In this document: piece after piece, positions 1-14,398 of the stretch
How positions within the stretch are numbered: position 1 is the stretch's first letter
How the letters are laid out: every line of letters begins with the position of its first letter
Assembly (NCBI GenBank): GCA_964016885.1
Contig: OZ024740.1
Coordinates: forward strand, 411,184,001-411,248,000
DNA: 64,000 bases
From: Eledone cirrhosa
Lineage: Eukaryota
Direction: 5' to 3'
Program-made: the position numbers and the translations under genes
The notes under the pieces: model-generated
Told to the model about the DNA's origin: nothing
The model's database searches: none
Seen by the model: the letters and a program-made list of their open reading frames with translations, nothing else

Positions 1-302
1 AGGTGGATGAAAGTGGCGAGAATGGCCCGAGTGAATGGGCCTTCTCTCTATATCAGCCTGTAGGTTGAGGAAAAAGAGGAAGAGAGGAAGGGGGTACTCA
101 TTCTTCGTACTCCTGGAGATGAGGGTTGCACATTTTTGTTCGGGGGTATGTGTTACCCATATGAAATGTCTCCCCCTATTGGGGAAAATCGACTAATTTT
201 TAAATTGCATTTGTGATAGTCTTTTACACGTTTTTATTGTATGTAAACTTCCCTCTTTGTATTTGTCCCCTTCTTTTGTGTCCCTGTGGCTAATAAATAA
301 AC
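1..302 (+). mobile_element. 3' end of Tx1-like LINE (end of ORF2 and 3' UTR), cut by window edge
   Basis: RWMKVARMARVNGPSLYISL* (stop 61-63) matches the ORF2 C-termini ending at 32147 and 57184; UTR has the shared CCCCCTATTGGGGAA motif and terminal CCCTGTGGCTAATAAA. Confidence 0.85.
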
Positions 303-339
303 ATATCTATCTATCTCTCTCTCTCTATCTCTCTCTATT

Positions 340-411
<72 letters not shown>

Positions 412-587
412 GTGTTGGATGCTTAAAGCGTCCGTATGCGGTAGGCCGTATGAGCACTCGATGCCCTCGTAGAGCAGAGTATGATATCAGAGAAAAAAGA
501 GAATCAGTGTTGCAACGAAAGGAATTTATTGGACATATTACAATTACTTATGTAACAATTGTAATATGTCCAAACAATTATAAGCGG

Positions 588-770
588 TACAGTATCGGTA
601 GAGAATCGGACGCCATGCTTTCCAGCATAGAGTTACGTCCGTTTACGGTCTTAATTCCAATCCCGCCGAGGTTAACTTTGCCTTTCATCCTTACGGGATC
701 GATAAAATAAAGTACCAGTAATGCACTGGGATAATTGCTGGCATTGTGCCAAAAGTAGAAACAATTATTA
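588..770 (+). mobile_element. tRNA-derived SINE, near full length (probable Meta-domain core)
   Basis: Box A-like CAGTATCGGTAG, degenerate box B, core GCCTTTCATCCTTACGGGATCGATAAAATAAAGTACCAG, 3' end TTGTGCCAAAAGTAGAAACAATTATT; six further copies or fragments in the window. Confidence 0.85.
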
Positions 771-1344
771 GTAAATATTAAATTGCAAATACTAGAGCAT
801 GAAGAAACCGAATTAACAAGAAAATGAAGAAGAAAAATATGATGATGATATTTATGAAGAATTCAAATTGTTTATAAAAAGAAGGTTAAAGTAAATGTTT
901 TATATGAAGTAAACGAATAAGATTAGACAATATCTTATGTATTGCATGTGACTCTGTGTGTGTGTCAGTAAAATCAATGTATATGTATGTTTATGTGTGC
1001 CTCAATATATATTTTAAGTAAGTATGTGTACGTTTGTGGAAGTATGTGTAAGGGAATGAAGGTTTCAGTGTGTTTATATATGTCTATATCTATATTAAAT
1101 CTGTTTTTGTGAATATATCTATACCTATATGATATATGTGTAAGTGTATATATGTTTAAGTGAATGAGTGTGTCACATTTTATGTGGATTATATGTAAGT
1201 ATCGTGTACGAGCGTGTACCTATACGTAAGATATTTTGAAGAGATAGAATTATAAAGAACTGCAGAAATAAGATTAGAATTATTTAGATAAACTGATACA
1301 TATAGATTAATAGTTAAATTATTGGATATGAGAACCTACGGCCG

Positions 1345-2092
<748 letters not shown>

Positions 2093-2124
2093 ATTTTTAT
2101 CTCTAGACATTTTTTTCAATGTCA

Positions 2125-2288
2125 CCTCGCCCGTCACTTCAATCTATCTTATTTATCATTCTTTCTTCTGATGAAGGACTATCATCCGAAACGTTAAGAT
2201 CCGCCTCCTGCTATTTCAAACGTTAACCTAATATATTCCCTTCATATACTGTCCCGATTGTGGTGTTATATCTGTTTACCTTTTACAT
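2125..2288 (+). mobile_element. Solo Penelope-like pseudo-LTR fragment
   Basis: Related copy on the minus strand at ~21476-21635 lies downstream of a GIY-YIG fragment; carries a hammerhead motif; ends CTGTTTACCTTTTACA next to TA-rich repeats. Confidence 0.75.
2164..2199 (+). ncRNA. Minimal type I hammerhead ribozyme motif
   Basis: TCTT-CTGATGA-(GGA/TCC stem II)-GAAAC-GTT-AAGA; palindromic stem III as in PLE hammerheads that act as dimers. Confidence 0.75.
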
Positions 2289-2532
2289 GTATACATACAT
2301 ACATACATATACATACTAGACAGTCAACTCGATCTGTCGCATATTTTAGCGTGGGAGACTATTTATTAAATTTAAGATGAATACTATCTCCGACAGTAAT
2401 GCCACAACTACAGTCAGGTTGAATAACTGGTTATTCTTCTAACTATCCCTTCTGAAGACACCTTTTATTCGAATTTGTAGAGATATCCGACTCAATACAT
2501 AATTCATTTTACAAGGATTTGCTACAAACAGC

Positions 2533-5354
2533 ATGGCTGAACACGACATCAACAACCAAATTAAGGAAGTACCGAAGACAAATAACAAAGAAGGTAATCA
2601 AACTTTATTCAGTTGTAGCTACAGAAGAAACCGAAATTATAAATCTTATTTCTCTTGGAGTTGCGAACTTAATAATGATCTATTTAATTGTTATAAAATG
2701 GCAAAAAACAAATCCCTCCATTGGCTATATGAATAGAATGAAGCTACAGTGGGACGAAATGCACCCAGAGCTAAATTATTTCACAGCGAAACAATTACGC
2801 CAACAAGCGACGTTTGTTGAACGTAAAAATAAGATAAATAGTATTAATTGTAAGTCCCAACAACAAACATGTTATCAACAACACTTGCTACAGGTCGCCA
2901 TGCTACTACACTTCCTAGCAGCCAGGTCGAACAGCGCCTTGAAAGAACTATCCCTGTAAGAAATTTGACACCACCTGTACGATCTAAGTCTACCTCGAAT
3001 GCTGGGGAAAACACTATCGATAATAATAATAATCGAATAAATGTGACACCACGTGTACCATCCGAGTCTACCTCGACTGTTGTGGAAGATACTATCGATA
3101 ATGATAATCAAAAGTATAAACAATTGAAAATTTCCCTCAACGAAATCTTCCAGAGAGAAATTAACTCATGTATAAATATCTCTGTTGCTGAACGTGTCAA
3201 AACGACAATGTTGAATAAAAAAACAAATAATGAAATATTACGTGTTATTGACGAAATAGGGGATGAATATTTACGACGGATAAAACCCCCAACATTTTGG
3301 CAAATCAACGCCTATTTATATGCCTTAGCAACGACAGTGAAGCATTATCTTGGTGACAGCAGAGATATTAACAAGAACAAAACACCACCAAAAATACCAT
3401 CATATATAACTAAAATAGAAAAAAAGATTGTTGACCTACGAAAAAACATAGGATATGTGACAATGCTACTTACATGCAAACAAACACAAAAAAACCTCAC
3501 TCCTCACCAACAAAGAGTGAAAAATAAAATAGAGACGATGTTTGGTAACAGTAGAACTAGAACTCTCCAATATAAGCAGATCACGCTCAAACAAGAATTG
3601 AGAACCGTTAGCGAAAAACGTAGATATCTGAAGAAGGTATCTGAGAGAAAAGTGCTTATTAAAAGATTCAGACGAAACCAAACATCAGTCTATAGAGATA
3701 TGAAGGGCAAAATAATAAGTGTCACTGAGGCCCCATCCCAGAAATAAATAAATTCCTTTTGGAGAAAAATATGGGATGAAAAGAATTTCAACCAAGATGC
3801 AGTCTGGCCAAGAGAAACCAAAAGAACTAATGCCCCTACACTACAACAAAAACATACGAAATAAGTGAGAGTACCCTTGAGACTGTGATAGGAAAATTCC
3901 AGAAAGAGGCATGATTGTCGGCTACTGGTACAAAAAACTGATATTCTATCGGAGGTATCTTACTGACCTCTACCAACAAGTTCTTAAGGGAGATACACTT
4001 ATACCAGAATGGTTGACATTAGCGCAAACATTACTGGTCCCCAAGAACAAAGACACCCACTTGGCAAAAAACTAACGACCCACTGCATGCCAGAACCTGA
4101 TGTATAAGATGTATACAGCCTGTCTGAACCTATTCCTCCAAGATCACTGTGAAAATAATAACATCACAGATGAACAAGCAGCTGGAAAGAAAGGGGTTTG
4201 GGGATGTGCTGAACAACTCCTAATCAACAAAACTGCGATGTCGGAAGTGCGACAACTTAGGAGGAATATGACTACAGTCTGGCTGGACTACAGGAAAGCT
4301 TTCGATACTGATCCCCACTCTTGGATGATAGAGGCCCTCCAACTTGCTAAATCCCAGACATTATTGTCAGAGCCATAGAGAGGCTGTATTCTTCTTGGGC
4401 TACTATCCTAAGGTTAAAGACAGATGGGAGGACTCTATTTTCACTGATAAAATAAAATATTGCAGGGGTATATTTCAGGGGGACAGTCTCTCTGCGATAT
4501 TATTCATCTTGTCATTAAACCCCTTCTCCTTTCTGCTCAAGAAATGCGAGGGATCCATCATTGGCTCACAGGAGGACAGAAATACGAACCTAACCCATAA
4601 TTTCTTTGTGGACGATCTGAAACTCTATGCCAAGAACATGGATGGGATGAAGAAAAATCTTGACCTGGTTACATTACAACGTTCTCAAAGGATATAGGAA
4701 TGGAGTTTGGCCAAGATAAATGCTCATACATGACTATAAAGCGGGGAAAAACAACAACCCAATCTAGCAACATTGTCATCAATGGCCAAACTGTTTCACC
4801 AATATCTGATGAGGACTGCTACAGATACCTGGGGATAGATGAGAACATATCCTATAATGGTATCTGTAATAAAGAACGCGTAACCAGGGAATACTACACC
4901 CGATTAAGAAAGATCTGGTCATCGGAACTCTCTGCGCAAAACAGTGGCTCACAATCTGTTTCCTGTGCCTGTCCTAACACCAACGTTTGGAATACTCAAT
5001 TGGACGATAGACAAAATCCGAGCAGTTGATGTTGGACTGAACAACACCGGAAACTTCCACATCAACAGTGACATAGACTGCCTTTACTTGAAACATTAGC
5101 AGGGAGGCAGAGACCTAACATCAGTCCAGAAAACATTTGAATGTCGCATCATATCCCTCCAACAATATCTACGAACCTCGAAGCGCAGAAGCACGTTTCT
5201 CGAGCAAGTCTATCTGCATGAAACAGATAAGATCATGAGAGTTGCGAAGGAACTCCTTGAGAGATATTCCCTGTGTGATAATCAAAAACTCACACCCAGG
5301 GATGTCGCTCAGCAGTATCGCAGTGAATCCATGGATGAAAAACTGCATGCCTAT
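2533..5354 (+). mobile_element. Degenerate R4/Dong-like RLE non-LTR retrotransposon (family A), 3' truncated
   Basis: Broken ORFs with N-terminal 'GYMNRMKLQWDEMHPE...QLRQQA' and RT motifs WLDYRKAFD, RGIFQGDSLS, FFVDDLKLY, YRYLG. Confidence 0.85.
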
Positions 5355-7050
5355 TGAGGTCCCATAATAAGCTAGATAGAGAAGTTGAAGATTTTTTGTT
5401 TGGATTTGTAAAATAATTTTTATGATTATTGAAATGGGATTTAAACTCTGTGAAAATTAGTTTTTATATTACAATTATATACTATATTTTAGCTAAGCAA
5501 TTGTTATTTAACGGACAGTTAGATTTATTTCTACAGTTACATTTATCAAATTTGATATTGCTTGGGTTATTAGTGGTATTTTGGTTAGGTTTTAAATTTC
5601 TATTATTAATTCTATTAATATTTGGCGCTAAATTTTTGGTGGATGAATAAGTTAATTTTATAGTATGTCTATTAAAAATTGAGTAATATCTATGTGTTCT
5701 AAGGAAGCATTTGTCAAGAGCTTTAAAGAATAGTTTAGCAATAGGGGTTTTAATATTTAATGAGAATGGAGGAGATAACCATAATATATTCCTAGTTCTG
5801 TTTCTTTTTTTGTTTTACGAATTATTGTAAGGTTTTCTATTATAGTTGTTAAAATTGTTAGAATAGTTAAAATTGTTAAGATTATGGTTAGTTGCTATAT
5901 TATTATTATCGATGTATTTAATTTTATTTCTATACCCAGCTTTACCTAACGCTTCGTTGTAATAATGTGCTTTATCATCAAATATATTCTTATTAGCTGA
6001 AATTCTAGAAATGCGTTGCTGTACAGAGTTCACTATAGTATTTTTAACGGATCTAGGGTCATTAGAGTTAAAATTAACGTAGTTTAAATTCTCGTTTAGT
6101 TTGTGAAACGTATAATGAAGACATGTGTTAAGGTTTAGTGTTACATCTAGAAAGTTAACTATTTTATGGTTATTCTCTATTTCTACTTTTAGATTAAGGT
6201 AATTAAAAAATTATATAATTTCTTTTCTTTTCCTATTTAATTCACAGTTATTATTTTCTATAAGTAAAAGCATGTCGTCACGATATAAACCTCCGGTCAT
6301 CTCAGGTATTTTCCTATGTAGAGAATTATTTATAAAGAGGCCCACAAGATCCGTTACCTGAGCGGAATCGGATGATCCCATAGTTATATCAAAGTTATTA
6401 TTTCTATCTGCTCTAGTCCAGAGTTGGTTATTAAATTCTATTAATGTTTTCCGTGCCGATAATATAATGTGCATTTCATTACTAGTTAAGTCTGTATGTT
6501 TAAATGCGTAAGTTAGTGCTTTATTAAGTAGATTAGGAGAGATGGATGAGTAATAATTAGCAATATCCAATTGAATAAACTTATTATTATAGTTATATTT
6601 GATTTCCTTAAACCAATCGATAACTTCACTAGTTCCTTTCCATAATTTTAAATAAGATAATTTCTTAATTTGTGGTATTATTCTGTCTAAAATATTCTTG
6701 CTAAGTCTGCCAAGGTCCGATTTAGATGGTGCAATTAATCTGACTGGTAAATCAGTTTCAAAGTTCCTTTTGTGATCCTTCATATTAATTTTAGGTTTCC
6801 TTGGCATGAAAGGTTGTGTCTTATTTTCAATGCCTAGTTCATGCATTATATAAGAGGCATCTGTATTCAATTTTTCAAGGTCGCCATTATTTGTTACTTT
6901 CTATTTTTTCTTAATTCCTTTAATATAAGATCGTTATAAATGTCCTTTTGTATTCCGTAAAGATTATTGGTTTTATCAGACTTTTCTCCGTTTTCTCCAA
7001 GTCTACAATATTATTTTTGATATTTCTTATGTAATCCTGGCCTTTGAAGC
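5355..7050 (-). mobile_element. Degenerate Naiad-type Penelope-like retroelement
   Basis: KSDKT motif, RT 'FIQLDIANYYSSI', 'FDITMGSSDSAQVTDLVGLFI', 'GLYRDDML', linker CNCRNKSNCPLNNNCL and a partial GIY-YIG. Confidence 0.85.
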
Positions 7051-7395
7051 TGTTTTTGAATTTGTTGCTTTGGAGCTTTTGCTTTATCTTCTCTTTTTTT
7101 CTCTCTCTCTTTTTTTGATGCTTTAGAGCTTTTGCTTTCTCTACTCTTTTTTTCTCTCTCTCTTTTTTCCTTTTTTCTCTTTTGTATATCTCTCTCTTTT
7201 TTTTCTTTCTCTCTCTTGTTCTTCTCTCTCTCTCTCTCTTTATCCGTAACCCAACGGCTTATTTTAAAATATCCAATACTAATTTACATAATAGTATAAA
7301 TAAATTTATAACCCCACTATCCAGGAGCTTCCAACTGTAATGGTTGCATTCTTTAAGGGTATGTCAATATTTATTCATAAAACTGCTCTATATTA

Positions 7396-7460
7396 TATTT
7401 TATGTGATGAAAGCACACCATAATTTAACTTGGTGTCCTTGAAATATGTATAACGAAATA
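7396..7460 (+). ncRNA. Degenerate hammerhead motif, probably in an inverted PLE pLTR
   Basis: TATTTTAT-GTGATGA (C>G)-stem II AAGCACACCA/TGGTGTCCTT-GAAATATGTATA-ACGAAATA. Confidence 0.6.
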
Positions 7461-7585
7461 AATATGGTTTAATAAATATAGTTTCCATTTGTTAATATCG
7501 TATTTTTACTCCAATTATTTGTTGAGTGCTTTATATCAGTTATAAAAATATTTGGTTGTTGTATCCCAACAATTTAAATAGAAAT

Positions 7586-7653
<68 letters not shown>

Positions 7654-7656
<3 letters not shown>

Positions 7657-7730
7657 GGTTATTTAAAAAGAATGAACCGATTTCATTGCACTGCGTCATG
7701 AAATCGGTTCATTCTTTTTGAATAACCCTG
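7654..7730. mobile_element. 77-bp palindromic MITE, Tc1/mariner type
   Basis: CAGGGTTATTTAAAAAGAATGAACCGATTTCAT ... ATGAAATCGGTTCATTCTTTTTGAATAACCCTG, TA on both sides, within (TA)n. Confidence 0.8.
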
Positions 7731-7811
7731 TATATATATATATATATATATATATACATACTACAAAGAAGGAAACACAGAGATACAACAACTATTTATA
7801 TTGTATATGCA

Positions 7812-8552
7812 TATTGGACAACAACATAAGGTGGGCAACTCTTATAAACACCAAAGTTGATATGGCCCGCAGAATGTGTTCCTGGATTCTCAGAACCTTC
7901 CAGTCGAGAGATATCCACACTGTTATCCTTCTCTTCTCCACTTTTGCCCTATCCCGCCTTGAATACTGTTGTCCACTGTGGTCTCCACACACTAAACAAG
8001 GTATCATGAAAGTTGAAGCACCCCAAAGATCAATTACAAAAGAGATAGATAGCGTGACAGGCCTTGACTATTGGAGTCGATTAGAAAAGCTCAGCCTTCA
8101 TTTTCTCCAACGTCGCCTTGAGCGCTACATCATCTGCATGCCGTGGAACATATTCCATCAGCTTTGACCAAATGATGCTGGCATAACCTTTAAGGTACAC
8201 CCAAGGCTTGGTGCCCGTGCTGTCCGCCCACGACAAAAATCTCACTCCCATCTCATAAGTACAATATGGCACAATTATTTCACCTCAAATGGCCCCGTCT
8301 CTTTTACATTACACCAAAACACATTAAAACAGAAACAGACCCAATCAAGTTCAAGAAGTCTTTGGACAAATTACTTCAAGAATTCCCGGATAAGCCTCCT
8401 ACACCCGGATATGCCTCTGTAAACAATAACTCTCTACTTGAGTGGGCCATGGTGCCCAAATCCAGATTTGAAATACTTCGCCAGGTGGTGCTATTAAGTT
8501 AGACACGGCCTGGGCCAATACTGACTGAAAAACTATCAAAGTGATCAAAGTT
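7812..8552 (+). mobile_element. 5'-truncated CR1-group LINE
   Basis: 'SRLEYCCPLWSPH...QRSITK...DYWSRLEKLSL...QRRLERY' and 'FKKSLDKLLQEFPDKP'; short tandem tail ATCAAAGT x2. Confidence 0.85.
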
Positions 8553-8568
8553 ATATATATATATATAT

Positions 8569-8937
8569 ATTGTTATAATTTGGGAGGGTCATGCTGCCAA
8601 TAAAAACAAACGCATCTGTTGATTTTCATTTCAATTTATGATACATTTCCGGTTGGTTGGTTCGATAACCGGATGGTTGTTTATATATTGTCAAAGCTCT
8701 TTCGGCACGCATTCTGTGACCTCCTCATGGTCTGGGTTTTTATTTTGCATCTCTCCTTTGTTCTGTCCTACATCATCTTGTTTATGTGTGTTGTGCATTG
8801 GACAATATACAGACAATCATCCGATTATCGAACCAACCAACCAACCAACCAACCGGAAATGTATAATAAATTGAAGTGAAAATCAACATGTTCTGTGTTT
8901 TTATTGGCAGCATGACCCTCCCAAAGTATAAGAATAT
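8569..8937. repeat. Foldback element with ~125-bp imperfect inverted arms
   Basis: TTTGGGAGGGTCATGCTGCCAATAAAAACA... mirrored by ...TGTTTTTATTGGCAGCATGACCCTCCCAAA. Confidence 0.85.
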
Positions 8938-8995
8938 ATGTTACGAAACACACGTTTTCAGATAGGAAATCTTGCGAAACAAATTCTCAAACGAA

Positions 8996-9069
<74 letters not shown>

Positions 9070-9070
<1 letters not shown>

Positions 9071-10632
9071 CTTACAGCCATGAACAACTCCCTTTCCTCG
9101 ACATCCTCATAAAGAAAACAAGCAACAAAATAGAAACAGACATATACTACAAACCCACAGACTCCAAACAATACCTTCCATTCAACTCGTGCCACCCTAG
9201 ACACACCAAAATGGCAATTCCTTATAACCTAGCCAGAAGGATCTGCACAATAGTTTCAGATAAATACACATGCTACACACGACTAGAAGAATTAAAAAAC
9301 ACACTTATCAGCAGAAACTACCCACCATCCCTAATCACCAATGGATTCCAACGTGCCCTAAAACTAGACATCCAGGAACTCAGACACCCCAAACTCAGGA
9401 GCGACCGCAACAAAAAACTTTACCATACATCTCCACACACAACCCGTCAACAATGAGGCATTAGATACCATTATCCAGAACATTCCTTTACTAAAAGGAG
9501 AACAAAGAATGAACAATATCCTCCAAACACACAACATCATAAAGGGCAAAAGACAACCCAAATCCATAAAAAGCATCCTCACACAAGCCAAAATCCAACA
9601 AACCCTCACAATAAACCCTACAGTAACAAAATGCGGAAGGCCCAACTGTGGCATATGCATAAATCTAATAGAAGGTTCAACATTCCATTTTAAACAAGGA
9701 CAACGGTTCACAGTTAAACACAACTTTACATGTGCATCTGAAAACCTTATCTATGTTTTGACTTGCTCAGGTTGTCAAGAGCACTATATAGGACAGACAA
9801 AAAACAGCCTCTGTCAACGTATGACCATCCATAAATCACAAATTAAAATACAGGAATATAGAAAGATTGCATTTAGTGAACATATCGCCAATTGTGCTCT
9901 CAACCAACTTCCAAACTTTAAAATTTTCCCCATTTAAAAATTCATAGACAACGCTATTTTCATCCAACGCACCAATAAGGAAACACATTTCATTAATAAA
10001 TTTCAACCAGTACTCAATGATCTAAAACTCCGATCAATCTAAAACTGCAACAAACCATCAAACATTTACAAGAGTTACCTCCCTCACACACTACCTAATC
10101 CTTTTTCTTAAATAAATTAAATATCACCCAGCAAGAATTGCTTCCCCTGCATATTAACTCTCTAAAAAGGGAAATCATATCAAACCACAGTCCACCATTT
10201 GCTTCCTTCACGGAACCATGGTTCAACTAAGAACTCTTGCGATATTAACACATTTTGAACTGCTTAACTTCAATGACTGTGCTTGTAAATAACATTAACT
10301 TTTCTTCCACATTGACTTTTTACGTTCCACATTATGCACTTTTTTTTCCTTTTTCTTTTTTTATTTCACTTCTTAAACCTTGTTTGTATATACATTATTC
10401 TTTCTTTGTATATAACATTATTCTTTCTGCACCTTCTGTTTAACATGTGCGACACCACACTAATACATTTCACTATCATTTGATAATGCATATAAATGCA
10501 GAAACCGGTAATAGACAATCATTAAATATATAAATAGATAAATAAATGCCATTGTTAAATAATAAATAAATCAACTAATACCTTAACCCTTCACACAAAG
10601 TAAAACATTTCGTTTTAATCATTTTCTAACCC

Positions 10633-10720
<88 letters not shown>

Positions 10721-10790
10721 AAAAAGGAAAAAAATATATATTTCTTCCTCATAATCGTCTCTTTCTCCCTGTTTTCATATATATATATAT
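9070..10790 (+). mobile_element. Neptune-type Penelope element, 3' half (late RT, Zn linker, GIY-YIG, pLTR)
   Basis: LPFLDILI, DIYYKPTD, SCHPRH; CGRPNCGIC linker; NLIYVLTCSGCQEHYIGQT; degenerate hammerhead at 10473-10514. Confidence 0.9.
10473..10514 (+). ncRNA. Degenerate hammerhead motif in Penelope pLTR
   Basis: CTAT..TTGATAA (two changes from CTGATGA)-TGCAT/ATGCA stem II-GAAACCGGTA-ATAG. Confidence 0.5.
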
Positions 10791-10858
10791 CCTAACTCGT
10801 GTGCCTCCTCTCCACATTTTATTATTATTATTATTCACCCCCACACGAGACACAGAAA

Positions 10859-13642
10859 ATGCCTACTAAACCAAAAACAGCCTCCACTCTCATTAGCATC
10901 AATCAACAGATACTCCAAGAACTACAAAAAATTAACTCTAATTTGTCAATACTCACCAACAAACTAAACTCTACAAGTGAAGAAACAATCCCCAAATACA
11001 CATCCTATGAAATTTACGACAATATCAATAACTGATGTGAAACAATCAAAACACACCTGAATAACAACACAAACCCTATTCAAACGAACTAAAATACACA
11101 TGACACTAATACACTTACACCTTACCAAATAAAAAACAAATTAATATCACAATGGTACACATCTCTTAATAACAGGAAATTCTCCTTTTGGAATATGATA
11201 CAAAACAATAACAAAGCGGAGATCTATGAAAAATGGATTAAATCTTCCCCATTAATCATCCCCCGGAAACTACAAATTAAATCCATCCCAAACGAACCAG
11301 AGACACAAAGACACCCCAGGGAAAGAATGGCACTTGCTAACATAAAAACCGAAATTGAACTCCTTAAATTGAGAGCCCAAGCAAATGAAGATAGGATCAA
11401 ATCAATCGACGATGAGATTAATCTAGCAATATAACCAAAGACACCACCCTAGAAAATATTTCAAAATTATGGTTAGAGGACTGTAATAAGGAAGAATTAA
11501 AATCCCTTCAACGCTGGGAAATAAACGAAACCTGGTTCTCTAACTATGAAACACTTTTCCAAAAAAAACACACATCCAAGAACCCCTTCATTAAAACCAT
11601 AATAACAAGAAAACTCAATCAACATCCAAACAACACACAACAACCAGCAACAACAAAAAAAACAATACCTCCCCACATACCAACAAAGGAAGGCATCACC
11701 TCGCCCCTACCTCCTACACCCTCCACACAACTATCACACGAACTCAGAAGCAACAAATATAGTAATAGAGAAACATCAGCTACAAGATAGACACTACAAC
11801 TTCTCTCCTACCAGGAGAAACCCCCACACTTACAACCCCCCTAACATCCCCACACAACAAACCCACAACCATCATTACTTCCAACAGAGAACCCAAAATA
11901 CACAACTACCACAGATGTCACACAGGGCCTTACAACCACACACCAGCTATAAGGAAACCCTAATTTACCCTCCCCCACTTACCACACCCTACTACAACAT
12001 CACCAGCAGGGGACAATACAACCACACCAGATACCCTAACCACTACAACCACCATAGCTACACACCATATAACAGCAACAACAGGACTCAATATGAACAC
12101 ACAAGACAACCCTACTACAACTACCACCAAGTCTACATACCTACAACAACAGCAGTGCTCAACACAACCACACGTTACAACCCAACTTCAACAACCACCA
12201 CAACTTCACACCCTATAACCACGTCCATCAAATCTACACACCCTACAACAACATCAGCAGGGCTCAATACAACCACACGATACAACGTAAACTCAACAAC
12301 CACCACAGCTACACACTATCTTACAACAACAGCAGGGGCCAATACAACTATAAGAGATATCCAAACTTCAACAGCCATCACAACTTCCGTAATCCTTTTT
12401 TAGACACAGCACACAGACACAGGATCACAAGATAACACATAACACACAGGAAACACAAAATGCAATAAAAATTGTCAATTTAACCTCCAAAGAATTAACA
12501 ACAGACTAAATCAACATACTCTCCAAAGGTCTAAAATTTACACCAACTCCCCAACAACCAAACTACCCCGAAATGAAGGAAGATATTGCAGAATTCTGTA
12601 GAAAACTAAGACTCAACGAACAACTATACAACAAATACAATGAGGATGACTCAATAGCCAGAAATAGAAGCAACTACACCCCACGAAAAGGCAAGAATAA
12701 ATTCCTCGATCAATTCTGCGAACACATTACTAATTACCCATACCACCACCTACACAGACATAAACAAAAACCAAACCTAAGCAAAAAAGAATGGAATGGT
12801 CTTAACAGTCTAAAAAACGACAAAACCCTAACAATCTAATAGGCAGATAAAGGGAGTGCAGTAGTTCTTATGGAGACAGATTATTACACAACTCTAGTAC
12901 TCTCAACTCTAGAAAAGCAAACATATTATGAAAAGTCCAACACTACACACAACAGAAAATAATGAGAAACCTAAAATCCCTAACAACCCTTTACAAAGAA
13001 GGCCTTACAGACAAGGAATACAACTACATCACCAATTTCAAAAGCAGAACAAGCCTCTTCTACGGTATCCCCAAGACACAAAAGCGAAGTAATAGGCAGG
13101 GCCTGCAAGCAAGCCACAGACGTTTACATCAATATAGCCCCTCCTGATGACCTTAAATTAAGATCCATAATAGCAGGCCTCACATGTGAAACCCATCGCC
13201 TAAGCAACTTCCTAGATATTCTGCTTAAACCTTTCCTAAAACATATAAAAAGCTTCACAAGGGACAACCTTGACATGCTCAACCACCCCCCCAACAACAC
13301 TCAATAACGAACATACCCTACTAGTAACCTTTGATGTCATCAATTTATATTCCAATATCCCAGACAACTTAGGTATAGAGACAATACAATTCTGGATGGA
13401 AAATTTCCCTAGTGAACTTCCACAGCGCATCACTAAAGAATTTGTGTTGGAAATTAAATATATAAATAGATAAATAAATGCCATTGTTAAATAATAAATA
13501 AATCAACTAATACCTTAACACTTCACACAAAGTAAAACATTACGTTTTAATCATTTTCTAACCCAGAAAAGAGAGAGAGAGAGATAAAAAAAAAAGGAAA
13601 AAAATATACTTTTCTTCCTCATAATCATCTCTTTCTCCCTGT

Positions 13643-13650
<8 letters not shown>
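10859..13650 (+). mobile_element. Penelope element, 5' half (long N-terminal region and early RT) followed by repeated pLTR end
   Basis: LSKGLKFTPTP, ADKG, FYGIPK, RSIIAG, LVTFDVINLYSNIP; breaks at ~13452 into a direct repeat of 10521-10790. Confidence 0.85.
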
Positions 13651-13736
<86 letters not shown>

Positions 13737-13764
13737 TATATATATATATATATATACACACACA

Positions 13765-13879
<115 letters not shown>

Positions 13880-14020
13880 TTAAAAGTTAAATAAGGTTCG
13901 ATGAATAAATCAAAGAATGAGTTTTACAATAGATTGGAAGCACTCAACAGTTGAGGTTTTCCAGAGTTATTAATATTAATTCAAAATATTAACACAATAG
14001 ATATTCTTGTGATCAATTAT

Positions 14021-14085
14021 ATTTTATTATACATATTTCAGAGGTACTGAGTTAAGGTCAACAGTACGTCCTCTTCAGATAAAAT
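14021..14085 (-). ncRNA. Type I hammerhead ribozyme motif (left arm)
   Basis: rc: ATTTTAT-CTGAAGA-GGACGTACTG..CAGTACCTCT-GAAATATGTATA-ATAAAAT. Confidence 0.7.
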
Positions 14086-14192
14086 AAGATGATGCATGAC
14101 ATACCGACATAGTAGATGGTTAAGATTCAGTCATGGCTACCATGCCTGAATCTTAACCATCTACTATATCAGGGTATGTCATGCATCATCTT

Positions 14193-14257
14193 ATTTTATC
14201 TGATGAGGACGTACTGTTGAACTTAAATCAGTACCTCTGAAATATGTATAATAAAAT
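14193..14257 (+). ncRNA. Type I hammerhead ribozyme motif (right arm)
   Basis: ATTTTAT-CTGATGA-GGACGTACTG..CAGTACCTCT-GAAATATGTATA-ATAAAAT; 7-bp stem I, AUA cleavage triplet. Confidence 0.7.
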
Positions 14258-14262
14258 ATAAT

Positions 14263-14349
14263 AATTGTTTCTACTTTAGGTACAAGGCCAGCAAATACCC
14301 AGTGCATTACTGGTACTTTATTTTATCGACCCCGTAAGGATGAAAGGCA
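14263..14349 (-). mobile_element. 5'-truncated SINE with target-site duplication
   Basis: SINE core and tail; flanked by AATAAAATATAAT (14250-14262, 14350-14362). Confidence 0.85.
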
Positions 14350-14398
14350 AATAAAATATAATTGATCACAAGAATATCTATTTTGTTAATATTTTGAA

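Noticed and set aside
450-710. 86-aa ORF
   Set aside because: Second half runs through a SINE; no recognisable domain
5470-5560. Possible selenocysteine-encoding Naiad (some Naiads have in-frame UGA plus SECIS)
   Set aside because: Linker cysteines (CNC, CPL, NCL) use ordinary Cys codons; element is truncated before any 3' UTR
14250-14262. SINE TSD begins at the predicted hammerhead cleavage position
   Set aside because: Single case, boundary ambiguous by 2 nt, and the AT-rich site fits the SINE's usual TTA target
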